Assembly: GCA_017849585.1 (NCBI GenBank)
Contig: JAFIGT010000032.1
Span: 84,027 to 148,026 of the forward strand
Direction: 5' to 3'
Origin: Verrucomicrobium sp.
GTDB lineage: Bacteria > Verrucomicrobiota > Verrucomicrobiia > Methylacidiphilales > UBA1321
DNA: 64,000 nucleotides
Shown: positions 1-9,127 of the stretch, piece by piece
Numbering within the stretch: the stretch's first letter is position 1
Layout of the letters: every line of letters begins with the position of its first letter
Notes under the pieces: generated by a model
Told to the model about the DNA's origin: nothing
Databases searched by the model: none
Seen by the model: the letters and a program-made list of their open reading frames with translations, nothing else
Made by a program: the position numbers and the translations under genes

Positions 1-1795
1 AGTCGCGGCAGTCGCCATTGATGCGGGGGTCATCGGTTTCCACCGTCGTAATGGCATTGGGCAGCGTGGCGGAAAGGTCGACATCATAGGGAATGATACC
101 GGTATTGCCGTCATAATATCCGGTGATGATGGGGGCTGCATCGATATTGTAGGCAGGGTCGAGATTGGTTTTTGGCAGTAAATACGCTTTCAGATAAAGA
201 CGCGAGGGGCGGGACGGCACGCTCCAGGGATAGCGCTGGGAGGGGTTGTAGGTAAACGGAACGGTCACGACGGCATAGCCGCCTGCAGGTAGTGAGGTCG
301 CTGGCAATCCGTTGATCTTGGTATTGGTGGTATCCAATCCCAAGGGAGTTCCAAGTTTGTTGTTGGAATCATACCACGAGATGTTCCAAATCACTTGCAC
401 CGCCAGGTTGCTTAAATCGTATGCGGCCAGTCCATAATTGCGCGGGAGATGAATCTCGAGAAAAATTTGGCCGTTGTAGCGAAACGGATCGGCAGGCACC
501 ACCGGGGCGGGATTTGGGTCAACGTAGGCACCCATTTCTGTAATATGGACTTGTCGTGAATGACTCGAAAGATCTGTCGAACTATCCCACCAACTCCGGT
601 AGAAGTTGCCGCTGGAATCCAGCATGCCCGTGAGACGTTGCACCATGGACTCGGTCGATTCCTTGGCGCGCACGTAATCAATAATATGAATGGCCAGTTG
701 TGTTGCGAGATACTGCCTGGCTTGAGTCGGATTGGGATAGCTGGCCGTATCGAAAAACTTGGAGCCAAAGCTGCTGCCGGATGGACCTACGGGCCAATCG
801 GTGCGTGCCAGATAATCGGCGACAAGTTTGACCGCCTGGGGCAATTTCGTATACAGGTCAATATTATCCAGCAGCCCCGGGTCGCCAGTATCTGGTTGCT
901 TGAGGATATCAATAAAAGGTTTTCCGCCTGCTAACTTTTGACGCGTGGTGAGCACGATGCGCGGCGCGCCCCAATACGTTTGCTCCGGGTCATGGCTCCA
1001 ATAGGTGGTAGTGAAACGATTGGTGTTAACGGCGGTCAAAAAATTGGAATCATTTGCGGTGTTGGCGGCACGCACTTCGGACGGTGAATTGAAAAATCGT
1101 GTGCCTTGCACAAAGGCGTGAATTTGATCGGCAATGGCAGGATTGGCCGAGATTCCATCTAGTGCTGCCAGATCGATGTTATCCGGCGAGAGGGTTTGAG
1201 TTTTGGTGCTGTCCCGTTTGTAGGCGGTGTTCCAGTTGACACGACTGGATTCGGGATCAACCCAAAAACCGTAACGACCGACGATGGGATTGGAATTGCT
1301 GAGAGCGAGTGACGTGGTGGTATCGAGAGCGCCATTTTGCCGGACATAGATCCATTTCACTTTCATGGCCACATTCGCCGGATTCACGATCCGGTAACCT
1401 TGGGAAGTAAAGCTGGCGAGATTCAAATTGGGATCATCTGCCTGGGTTCCGAGGCCGGAATTCAGAGGGACACTGATGCTGAGCGTTTTCGAGGTGGTAG
1501 AGGTGGAGGCATAACCCTGACCCGGTTGGACGGCCCAGGCATAATTGGTGCTGCCACAGAGCGTCCGCAAAAGGGAGGCCGCGTGGTTGACGCCCTGATC
1601 CTCGAACATGGCGGCTTTGGCGTGATCCAAAAAATAGCGGGCCGACGTTCGATCGGTGCGCATGCCGACTGCGAGTGCCACGGCGATAATGGCCATGAGC
1701 GAAAGCAGTACCAATGTCAGCACGAGAGCGGCTCCCTGCGTTGTGGCAGGGGGGCGTCTCCCGGATGACAGATAGTGTGCAGGCGGTTGTGGCAT
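1..1795 (-). CDS. Verru_Chthon cassette protein A-like / GspK-like large minor pseudopilin; 3' end runs off the left edge
   Basis: Absent from the ORF track because no stop codon lies in the window. Manual reverse translation from the ATG at 1795-1793 stays open to base 1 (about 598 codons). The N-terminus MPQPPAHYLSSGRRPPATTQGAALVLTLVLLSLMAIIAVALAVGMRTD has a GspK-style hydrophobic segment. It is the last gene after three prepilin-type genes. Confidence 0.6.
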   Translation of the reverse strand, partial: MPQPPAHYLSSGRRPPATTQGAALVLTLVLLSLMAIIAVALAVGMRTDRTSARYFLDHAKAAMFEDQGVNHAASLLRTLCGSTNYAWAVQPGQGYASTSTTSKTLSISVPLNSGLGTQADDPNLNLASFTSQGYRIVNPANVAMKVKWIYVRQNGALDTTTSLALSNSNPIVGRYGFWVDPESSRVNWNTAYKRDSTKTQTLSPDNIDLAALDGISANPAIADQIHAFVQGTRFFNSPSEVRAANTANDSNFLTAVNTNRFTTTYWSHDPEQTYWGAPRIVLTTRQKLAGGKPFIDILKQPDTGDPGLLDNIDLYTKLPQAVKLVADYLARTDWPVGPSGSSFGSKFFDTASYPNPTQARQYLATQLAIHIIDYVRAKESTESMVQRLTGMLDSSGNFYRSWWDSSTDLSSHSRQVHITEMGAYVDPNPAPVVPADPFRYNGQIFLEIHLPRNYGLAAYDLSNLAVQVIWNISWYDSNNKLGTPLGLDTTNTKINGLPATSLPAGGYAVVTVPFTYNPSQRYPWSVPSRPSRLYLKAYLLPKTNLDPAYNIDAAPIITGYYDGNTGIIPYDVDLSATLPNAITTVETDDPRINGDCRD

Positions 1796-1807
1796 GGGTG
1801 AGTTGTT

Positions 1808-2647
1808 TCAATCAGATCGTTTAAACATGATCCGCGTCGTATATAGGCGGGCATCTTCCCGGATGGCCTGCGGGAGATTGGAAATGAAATTATTCGGACC
1901 GCTGGCATAAAGCGCGGTGATCGGGGTGGTGTCGGTGATGCGCTTGGCTGCGGTGGGGCTGACGAAGGCGATGGATACAACGGCGGCGTTGGGCAGACGC
2001 TGTGCGACGCGGGAATCAAATGGCGTGGGCAATGTCAGTGGATTTCCAGAAGCATCCGAAGCTTCAAACGAAATCCACAGGCCGATGATATTTTCAGCCA
2101 GCATGCCCTTGTAGTTGGCGGCCTGAAGCCCCGGAGCATTCGCTCCAATGAGCGTATCGGAAATCCACGCAGAGGGCTGGGTGTAGATTTGATAACTTTG
2201 CAGATCGGTGGGAGGGACATAATAGCGGCATAATTTCCCTTTGGGATTCGAGGCATTGGACCGATCCCACATCACGAAATAGCCCACAATGGCGATCTCG
2301 CTATGACTCGTTTCCGTGGCGATGGAAGATTGCCAGAAAACGGAATCGGGATTGCGGTACGCCGAGGAAACGCCAGGCGGATTTTGTGCGAATTGCAGGC
2401 TGAGTTGATTCGTGGGGCTGACCGGAAGGACGGCACCCTGAAGATCGCGGCTCATCATGTGACTGACGGCGCGTAGCGTTTGCAGCGTTTCGGTTTGCGC
2501 TCGGCCACGAGTCAATAATCGGGTCGATTGCCCAACGAGGCTGACGAGGATCAATACCAAAAACGCAAGGACGGCGATCGCCGCGAGCACCTCCACAAGC
2601 GTGAAAGCATGACGTAAGCGGTTAGTGGAGATTGGCGACAGTTGCAT
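1808..2647 (-). CDS. prepilin-type N-terminal cleavage/methylation domain protein (Verru_Chthon cassette protein C-like, GspJ-like)
   Basis: 279-aa ORF. The N-terminus RHAFTLVEVLAAIAVLAFLVLILVSLV matches the GFxxxE-type prepilin motif plus hydrophobic helix. A 12-nt gap separates it from the downstream A-like gene. Confidence 0.65.
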   Translation of the reverse strand: MQLSPISTNRLRHAFTLVEVLAAIAVLAFLVLILVSLVGQSTRLLTRGRAQTETLQTLRAVSHMMSRDLQGAVLPVSPTNQLSLQFAQNPPGVSSAYRNPDSVFWQSSIATETSHSEIAIVGYFVMWDRSNASNPKGKLCRYYVPPTDLQSYQIYTQPSAWISDTLIGANAPGLQAANYKGMLAENIIGLWISFEASDASGNPLTLPTPFDSRVAQRLPNAAVVSIAFVSPTAAKRITDTTPITALYASGPNNFISNLPQAIREDARLYTTRIMFKRSD

Positions 2648-3056
2648 TGAGAATGCGGGTTTGAAAATTGGTGGGTGCGCTGGCTGGCCACTGGAAACTC
2701 ATTTGGACCGAGGTCAAATTCGTGAGCATCGGATTGCCGATCACCGTTGACGAACAACTGGCGACGCAGCGAAAGAGGGCGGCCGAGGAAGAGGGGAGGG
2801 AATTACCCTCGGAGTCGAAGTAGTACGAGTAACTGCTGTTTGTCAGGAGATGAAACGGTTTTTGTGTGAGATCGGCCAGAACATGGCGACTCATTCCAGC
2901 AATGGCCGTCTCCTGTTTGGCGGTGAGTCCGGCATTGAAACTGATGGTGAGCAGGGCGAGAAGCGAAACGAGGGCAAAGCTCGTGATTCCCAAGGCCATG
3001 ATGACTTCAACCAGGCTGAATGATGACGTGACGCCCGGTTTCCGAAAGGAATTCAT
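2622..3056 (-). CDS. prepilin-type N-terminal cleavage/methylation domain protein (Verru_Chthon cassette protein B-like, GspI-like)
   Basis: 144-aa ORF with the SSFSLVEVIMALGITSFALVSLLALL prepilin motif. It overlaps the next gene by 26 nt. Confidence 0.65.
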   Translation of the reverse strand: MNSFRKPGVTSSFSLVEVIMALGITSFALVSLLALLTISFNAGLTAKQETAIAGMSRHVLADLTQKPFHLLTNSSYSYYFDSEGNSLPSSSAALFRCVASCSSTVIGNPMLTNLTSVQMSFQWPASAPTNFQTRILNATVANLH

Positions 3057-3061
3057 AAGGC

Positions 3062-3715
3062 TTACGGCCGTTCGACGATGGCCCGCCCGGTGGAGGGATT
3101 AATCAAGATATTGTAGTAATTGGGTGTCCCCTGATTCAGGTAAACCATTTGACCATTATTCACGGTCCCCTCTACAAGTTTGATGTTGGGGAAGGTATTG
3201 GAAAGTGCGCCAGCGAGTTGACTATTGGGAAGAAAAACGAGCGTTTTGATTGTTCCGGGTTGAACCGATTTTCCGGCGATCTTGGCGATGGAAGGAAGAG
3301 GCGAGACAGTTGGCCACGAGGCGCTATTGGAAGAGTTGAAATCGAAAGCAATACCGGTGGCCAGAAATTTCCACGGAGTCAATTGAGTCCAGTTTGCTGA
3401 GGTCGGGGCGGTACCGTCGTTAGGCAAAGCGAATTGATAAAGGGCAAAGGCCTGCTGGCCGTCGGTCGTCTGGGCCAGCACCAAAGCCGTTGCAGAATTT
3501 TTGCCAAAGGCATTTTGCTGCGCGAGAACAGCCAAATCTGCGATCGCATTTCCTTCCACCGCGAGGCGGTTATTGGTGCCCTTGAACATAGGAAGGAAGC
3601 TGACGGTCATAATAGTGACGATGCAGATAACAACGAGTAATTCGATTAAGCTGAAGCCTTGAGTGGCGTTTGCTTTCGACCTCAACCAAACGATGCGTCC
3701 ATGATATAGAGCCAT
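3062..3715 (-). CDS. prepilin-type N-terminal cleavage/methylation domain protein (Verru_Chthon cassette protein D-like, GspH-like)
   Basis: 217-aa ORF with the QGFSLIELLVVICIVTIMTVSFLP prepilin motif. It is the first gene of the four-gene minus-strand cassette. Confidence 0.65.
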   Translation of the reverse strand: MALYHGRIVWLRSKANATQGFSLIELLVVICIVTIMTVSFLPMFKGTNNRLAVEGNAIADLAVLAQQNAFGKNSATALVLAQTTDGQQAFALYQFALPNDGTAPTSANWTQLTPWKFLATGIAFDFNSSNSASWPTVSPLPSIAKIAGKSVQPGTIKTLVFLPNSQLAGALSNTFPNIKLVEGTVNNGQMVYLNQGTPNYYNILINPSTGRAIVERP

Positions 3716-3775
3716 AATGGTTTCCGGGATGAATGAACACTACTCTCGCTATTTATGCGGCGCAAATGAGGAGAA

Positions 3776-3791
3776 AGTTAACCCGTTAACT
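3776..3791. promoter_or_regulatory. perfect 7-2-7 palindrome AGTTAAC-CC-GTTAACT (TTAAC-N2-GTTAA operator-like site)
   Basis: Read directly. It lies in the divergent intergenic region between the cassette D gene (start 3715) and the PEP-CTERM gene (start 3928). A degenerate second copy, TTAACGGCTTAA, sits at 3868-3879. Confidence 0.4.
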
Positions 3792-3927
3792 GCCGAGCCG
3801 GTACGGAGTGTGTGACGAAAGAAATGCGGGCCCGCCATTTGGATTTTCTGAGCAGTAGGGGATTGAGTTAACGGCTTAACCATCAAGCCGTTTGTAAGGC
3901 GATAGCTCGCAAGAGTATTTGTAGCGT

Positions 3928-4770
3928 ATGAATCAACGACATCTATTGCGACGTCAGTGTCTGGCAAATTGTGACGGGCGAGCTTTGCGCTTGGCCTGCA
4001 TCCTGTGTGTGGTGTTGTTTCAAACGGCGGTAGCGCAGGTCGTGCTGCCTTATTCAACTACTTTCCCTGATAGCTCCGGTTGGACGACGAGCAATCAAGG
4101 GACGCCTGCGTCCTGGTCGGTGGTGGGGGGTGGTTATGAGGCGGTGACGGGACAGTCCACCTTCTTTTCTTTTACGGCTAATAATTCCTCCGTGGCGGTG
4201 AGTGGTCTTGGCGCGGCGCTTCCGACGAACAGCTTCGTCGTTAGTACTCATTTCACGATTACATCGGGCACGAATGACTGGCTCTTTGTTGGCTTGGGTG
4301 CGCTCGGGAATACGTCCAGCTTTTTTGGTGCTGGTTCGTCTTATCAGGCGCGGATCCGGAATAATGGCGCCATTCAAATCTTTGCCATGAGTGGTTTCGG
4401 TGCCACCACTCTGGCGACAGGTGCATTCAGCACTCTCTCGATAGGGACTTCTTATGAACTGCAATTAACCGGGAATTATGATTCATCCGGAAACCTGACG
4501 CTTGCCTTCTCGGTGGTGGATTCAGCCCATTCGCTAACGGCGACGACGGTCACAGCCAACATTGCGAGTGCCTCTGTATTTACAGGGAATAATTTTGGAC
4601 TGACTTCCGAAATTACAAATTCGTCCAACAATCCGGCGGCAACCTTCACGACTGTATTTAGCGACTATTCGGTGGCACTTGTACCGGAGCCGGGTACCTA
4701 TGCGCTTGTCCTGATAGGGACCGGTTTGATTGTCTGGGCAATGCATCGTCGCAAGCCAAGTCTTTGCTAA
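3928..4770 (+). CDS. PEP-CTERM-anchored secreted protein (LamG/concanavalin-like by composition)
   Basis: Has an N-terminal signal-like segment. The C-terminus VPEPGTYALVLIGTGLIVWAMHRRK shows PEP motif, TM helix and basic tail. Confidence 0.8.
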   Translation: MNQRHLLRRQCLANCDGRALRLACILCVVLFQTAVAQVVLPYSTTFPDSSGWTTSNQGTPASWSVVGGGYEAVTGQSTFFSFTANNSSVAVSGLGAALPTNSFVVSTHFTITSGTNDWLFVGLGALGNTSSFFGAGSSYQARIRNNGAIQIFAMSGFGATTLATGAFSTLSIGTSYELQLTGNYDSSGNLTLAFSVVDSAHSLTATTVTANIASASVFTGNNFGLTSEITNSSNNPAATFTTVFSDYSVALVPEPGTYALVLIGTGLIVWAMHRRKPSLC

Positions 4771-4906
4771 AGCGTGAGAGTGGTGGGAGCGTCGCGTGTG
4801 ATTCAACGCGGCGCAGGGTGATGGGACCGTTGTTTTCACGGTCGTCTTTTGTGGCGAAAACACGACGGCTGGGGCCTCAGTCGTCAGATCAAATCGGACG
4901 AAACTC

Positions 4907-7900
4907 ATGGAAAAAAATTGTAGCCGATCTTTTTTTGTAGCTTTAGTCGTCATTACTATTTTTGCTTTTATTGGGGGTGGCTTGAAGGCAGCCCTTTTGA
5001 ATGGTGATGTGGGAGGTCGGCCCGGCATGGCATTGTATAAGCCCGGAGAGGCCGTTCCATTGATCTTCACGGCCACTGGCGCTGCGGGTACTACACTGAG
5101 TGTTACAATTCGCGATGTGAGCGGCGCGGTTGTGCTGACCAATCAATACAATGTTACGAGCGCGAACTGGACTACCACGATTAGCGGCTACAATGCGAAG
5201 TTGGGATTCTATCGCGTGTCGGCTCAATTGTCTGATGGGACAACGATTGCATCGGTAGGGTCGCGCGCTCCGCTGCCCGCGGGCACGCCTTCCTTTCTTA
5301 CCTACTGCATTGTTCCAGACCCGGCGCAACGTCCTGCTCTCAACGAGGATCAGTCTTTCTTTGGAATGCAGGGTGGATTTCTTCCGAGCGTTGGCACCGA
5401 AATTTTTGCCTTCCTTGGAGTTCGTTGGGTTCCGGATGGCAGTTGGAGTTGGCATGCCCTTTCGCCGAATTATGCCTCGCCTTATAATGGATCAAGTAAT
5501 CCTGCGGTCTTTGGTTCCTGGGCTTCGAATGGCGCGGGTGGAGCGTGGACACTCTATAGTATTCCCAATATGACCAAGGATGGGAGGCCCTATGGGGGCG
5601 CTCCGGATGTCTATAAATCGGGCACGTTTGCCTACAACACCGGTGCCTTGAACTCGACCTATTATTCCGATTGGCAGACATTCACACGGCGAGTCGTCCA
5701 ATACTGGCCGACAGTATACCCCTCGCGGACGAAGAAGTATTATGAGATCACCTGGGAACCGATTATTCCCTGGGGTTATAACGGCACGGCTGCGGATTTC
5801 GTCACGCTCTATCAACTGGCCTACAATTCCATGAAAGCGCAGGATGCGAATGCGAAGGTAATGGGGCCATGCATGCATATGGAAGCCAGTTCCAATCTTT
5901 CCGCGCAATATGCCTTCTTTGACGCGGGCTTGGGGAATTATTTGGATGTTTATTCGGCGCATCCCTACATGGAACAGGATTTGGTGACGGGTACCGACTC
6001 TTTCACCGATCCCGAACGGGCGGGACAGCCGGCGCATCTTCAAACGATGAAGCGACGGCTCAAGGTGTATAAAGGCGGAGTGGAAATTCCCATGATCGGC
6101 ACAGAGCAGGGCTATCGTACTCGCCAGAATATGGATAAGGAATTGCATCAAGCACGACGATTGATCCGGTCCAATCTCATCATGCTGGGCGAGGGGTGGA
6201 AAATCAATACGGCCTTCTATTTCGCGGATTATCCCAATACGGATAATATCGATGGAAACAGTTATTGGGACTGGGGATTTTTCTATAATCTCGACACGAC
6301 CTCCTATGGAGGTTATGGCCCCGGCAAGGTTTCACCCAAACCGGTGGTCGCAGCCTATGCGGCCATGACATTCCTGGTGGAAGGTCGCAAGGCAGTCAAT
6401 ACGGTCAATTGGCTGGGTGATACCACGCGGGGGTATGTCTATGAAAGCTACTCTAATCCCACGGACGAAATGTTGGTGCTGTGGGACTTTGCCAGCACAC
6501 GATCAATTACCATCAACACCGGAGCGGCATCGGTGGACGTATACGACTGGATGGGAAACAAGCAAACGTTGACGACGAGTGGCGGGAATCTGACGGTGAC
6601 CATTTCCAATCAACCTCTCTATATCAAGGGTGTCTCGGCGAATCTTTGGGGGAGCGGTCGAACGCTCGTCAATATTGCCGAGCACGCCACTGTCACCACA
6701 TCGGGGAATTTGAGTGCCAGCACTTCGGGCTCCTTGGCTGTGGATGGGGATAGCCAATCCTACGAGAGCCGCTGGGTGTCGACATCCGATTCCAATGCCA
6801 AGTGGCTCCAGATCAATCTGGGGGGCACATATACAATCAGCGGCGTGAGATTCTGGACTGGGCAGTATCAGGAGGGATGGCGGGCGAATCTCTACCAACT
6901 TCCGTTGTCTTCATATCGCATCCAGCGATGGACGGGCAGCGCTTGGTCGGACCTTGTCACGCGAAGCAGCAATACCAAGGCGGTTGTAGAAGAAAGCTTT
7001 ACTCCTATTTCCACCTCTCAAGTGCGTCTTTATGTCGATGCAGGGATCATGGCTCAGGTGGCGCTTTACGAATTTCAGGTGTTATCTGGCAGCGCGGGAG
7101 CGAATCTGGCCACGGGACGACCCATTGTGTCGTCCTCGTTTTATACCGATCCCTATAATGGAACCGTCTACCCGGCTTCCTATGCCGTGGATGGCAGCAT
7201 CGGGACGCGATGGTCGAGTCAGTTTACGAACAACGAATGGATCTATGTGGACTTGGGGAATGACTATAACATCAGCGATGTGAAATTGAACTGGGCTCCG
7301 GGCGGGCATGGAGCCAATTATCAAATTCAAGTCAGCTCAAATGCCACCACTTGGTCTACAGTTCAATCGGTAACGGGTAATACGAGTTCCGGCGTGTTGG
7401 ATTATCCGGTTAGCGGGACAGGCCGTTACGTGCGTATTTTGGGAACCCAGATGGGATCGTACTATGGCTATTCGCTCTGGGAAATTCAGGTGTATGGCAC
7501 GCCGACGGCGACGAATCTTTCAGCGGGTCGTCCCGTCACGGCCTCCTCTTTCTATACCGATCCCTATACACTGGTCACATATCCGGCCTCGTATGCAGTG
7601 GATGGCAACGGCGGAACGCGGTGGTCGAGTCAGTTTACGAATAGCGAATGGATCTCGATTGATCTGGGCTCCATCCGTACCATCAACGACATCAAGCTGA
7701 ATTGGGCGGCGGGAGCGCATGGGACGAATTACCAACTGCAGGTCAGCAACGACGGGGCCTCCTGGAATTCCATCCAGACGGTGACAGGTAATACGAGTTC
7801 TGGCGTGTTGGATTACCCGGTGGCGACGTCGGGCCGTTACGTGCGCATGGTCGGTACGCAAATGGGATCGTACTACGGCTATTCGCTCTGGGAGTTTCAG

Positions 7901-7915
7901 GTGTTTGGCAATTAG
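4907..7915 (+). CDS. secreted glycoside hydrolase-like TIM-barrel protein (clan GH-A-like) with three C-terminal F5/8 type C (discoidin/CBM32-like) domains
   Basis: 1002 aa with a signal/TM segment at the N-terminus. Candidate acid/base motif ITWEP and nucleophile motif IGTEQG. Three discoidin-like modules (AVDG..TRWSS...W..VDLG), the last two near-identical. Confidence 0.75.
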   Translation: MEKNCSRSFFVALVVITIFAFIGGGLKAALLNGDVGGRPGMALYKPGEAVPLIFTATGAAGTTLSVTIRDVSGAVVLTNQYNVTSANWTTTISGYNAKLGFYRVSAQLSDGTTIASVGSRAPLPAGTPSFLTYCIVPDPAQRPALNEDQSFFGMQGGFLPSVGTEIFAFLGVRWVPDGSWSWHALSPNYASPYNGSSNPAVFGSWASNGAGGAWTLYSIPNMTKDGRPYGGAPDVYKSGTFAYNTGALNSTYYSDWQTFTRRVVQYWPTVYPSRTKKYYEITWEPIIPWGYNGTAADFVTLYQLAYNSMKAQDANAKVMGPCMHMEASSNLSAQYAFFDAGLGNYLDVYSAHPYMEQDLVTGTDSFTDPERAGQPAHLQTMKRRLKVYKGGVEIPMIGTEQGYRTRQNMDKELHQARRLIRSNLIMLGEGWKINTAFYFADYPNTDNIDGNSYWDWGFFYNLDTTSYGGYGPGKVSPKPVVAAYAAMTFLVEGRKAVNTVNWLGDTTRGYVYESYSNPTDEMLVLWDFASTRSITINTGAASVDVYDWMGNKQTLTTSGGNLTVTISNQPLYIKGVSANLWGSGRTLVNIAEHATVTTSGNLSASTSGSLAVDGDSQSYESRWVSTSDSNAKWLQINLGGTYTISGVRFWTGQYQEGWRANLYQLPLSSYRIQRWTGSAWSDLVTRSSNTKAVVEESFTPISTSQVRLYVDAGIMAQVALYEFQVLSGSAGANLATGRPIVSSSFYTDPYNGTVYPASYAVDGSIGTRWSSQFTNNEWIYVDLGNDYNISDVKLNWAPGGHGANYQIQVSSNATTWSTVQSVTGNTSSGVLDYPVSGTGRYVRILGTQMGSYYGYSLWEIQVYGTPTATNLSAGRPVTASSFYTDPYTLVTYPASYAVDGNGGTRWSSQFTNSEWISIDLGSIRTINDIKLNWAAGAHGTNYQLQVSNDGASWNSIQTVTGNTSSGVLDYPVATSGRYVRMVGTQMGSYYGYSLWEFQVFGN
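7090..7912 (+). repeat. tandem duplication of about 410 bp x2 encoding two F5/8 type C domains
   Basis: Units at about 7093-7500 and 7504-7912 align base for base over long stretches (e.g. ggtggtcgagtcagtttacgaa, ggtaatacgagttc.ggcgtgttggattacccgg, atgggatcgtacta.ggctattcgctctggga). Confidence 0.85.
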
Positions 7916-7951
7916 TGCGGAGCGGGAGAGGTCATTTGTTGGAACTGATTT

Positions 7952-7980
7952 TTGACACCTTCGGGTAGTGACGTTATAAT
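7952..7980 (+). promoter_or_regulatory. consensus sigma70-type promoter TTGACA-N17-TATAAT
   Basis: TTGACA at 7952-7957 and TATAAT at 7975-7980, with an exact 17-nt spacer. It lies 17 nt upstream of the ATG at 7997 of the LacI gene. Confidence 0.55.
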
Positions 7981-7996
7981 GGACCAGCGCAACGCA

Positions 7997-9127
7997 ATGG
8001 CATCTCCCACCATCAAAAGCATCGCCGAGGCGGCGAACGTATCGGTTGCGACCGTCTCGCTCGCCCTGCGCAACCATCCCCGTATCTCTCGCGAGACCGT
8101 CGAACGGATTCATGAGATCGCCCGCAGTCAGGGCTATCGACCCAATCCACTGGTCACTGCCCTGATGACCCATGTGCGGGCTACTGCTCCGACCCGCAAT
8201 GAGGCCGTCGCCACGCTCGGCTTTATCAACGCTTATCCGGAGAAAGATCCGCTGAAGGTATCTCCGAGTTTTGCCCTGAATTTCCAAGGGGCGAGGGATC
8301 GTGCCGAGCAAATGGGATATCGGCTTGATACGTTCTGGGCCAAGGAGGCTAGCATGACGGCGCGCCGCCTGACCAACATTCTGCAGGCGCGCGGAATTTA
8401 CGGAATTCTCGTGGGACCGCTCCCCCACAGCAAGGGGCATCTCTCACTCCTATGGCCTCAATTTTCCGCGAGTTCCATTGGCTACTCCATGTGGCGGCCG
8501 CATCTGCACCGCGCGGTGTCGCATCATGCGCACGCCATGTCGCTGGCCTTGCGTAAGCTGAATCGTCTGGGCTACCGGCGCATCGGCTTGGCGATGTCGC
8601 CGAATTTCAATGAGCGCGTGGATCACCACTGGCTGGCGAACTATCTCTTCTATCAATTCTATATCAAGGAAAAGGACCGCATTCCGCCGCTTATAGATGA
8701 AACCAACAATATGCAGAATTTTCCGCGCTGGTTTAAACAGCACCAACCGGATGCCGTGATCAGCGCCCACATCAGTGGATATGAGTGGCTCGTCAAGCTC
8801 AAGGTCAGCATTCCCGATGAAGTGGGTTTTGCGCACTTGGACCTTGACCCACACCAAGTGGACTTATCCGGAATCAACCAGCGCCCCGATCTGATTGGGG
8901 CGGCGGCGATGGATTTATTGATCAATCAGATGAACCGCAACGAGCGTGGTATCCCCGTCGATCCCAAGCTCCTCCTGATTGAGTCCATCTGGGTGAATGG
9001 TGCGACGACCCGGAAACCGATGATCGGTCCTGATGGGGAAGCGGAGGATCTCAGGTGGCGATCGGAGCGGGAATTACAGCGCAAGCAACGGGTGAAACCG
9101 AAGCGCGCCCGAAAGCCAGACCTCTAA
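7997..9127 (+). CDS. LacI family transcriptional regulator
   Basis: HTH region TIKSIAEAANVSVATVSLALRNHPRISRETVERIHEIARSQGYRPNP followed by a periplasmic-binding-protein-like effector domain. The ORF track starts at 7952 (TTG). The ATG at 7997 is preferred because the consensus promoter overlaps the earlier starts. Confidence 0.85.
   Translation: MASPTIKSIAEAANVSVATVSLALRNHPRISRETVERIHEIARSQGYRPNPLVTALMTHVRATAPTRNEAVATLGFINAYPEKDPLKVSPSFALNFQGARDRAEQMGYRLDTFWAKEASMTARRLTNILQARGIYGILVGPLPHSKGHLSLLWPQFSASSIGYSMWRPHLHRAVSHHAHAMSLALRKLNRLGYRRIGLAMSPNFNERVDHHWLANYLFYQFYIKEKDRIPPLIDETNNMQNFPRWFKQHQPDAVISAHISGYEWLVKLKVSIPDEVGFAHLDLDPHQVDLSGINQRPDLIGAAAMDLLINQMNRNERGIPVDPKLLLIESIWVNGATTRKPMIGPDGEAEDLRWRSERELQRKQRVKPKRARKPDL

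Noticed and set aside
7520-8440. 306-aa minus-strand ORF
   Set aside because: It spans the discoidin repeat and the LacI gene on the opposite strand. Both sense genes have strong motifs.
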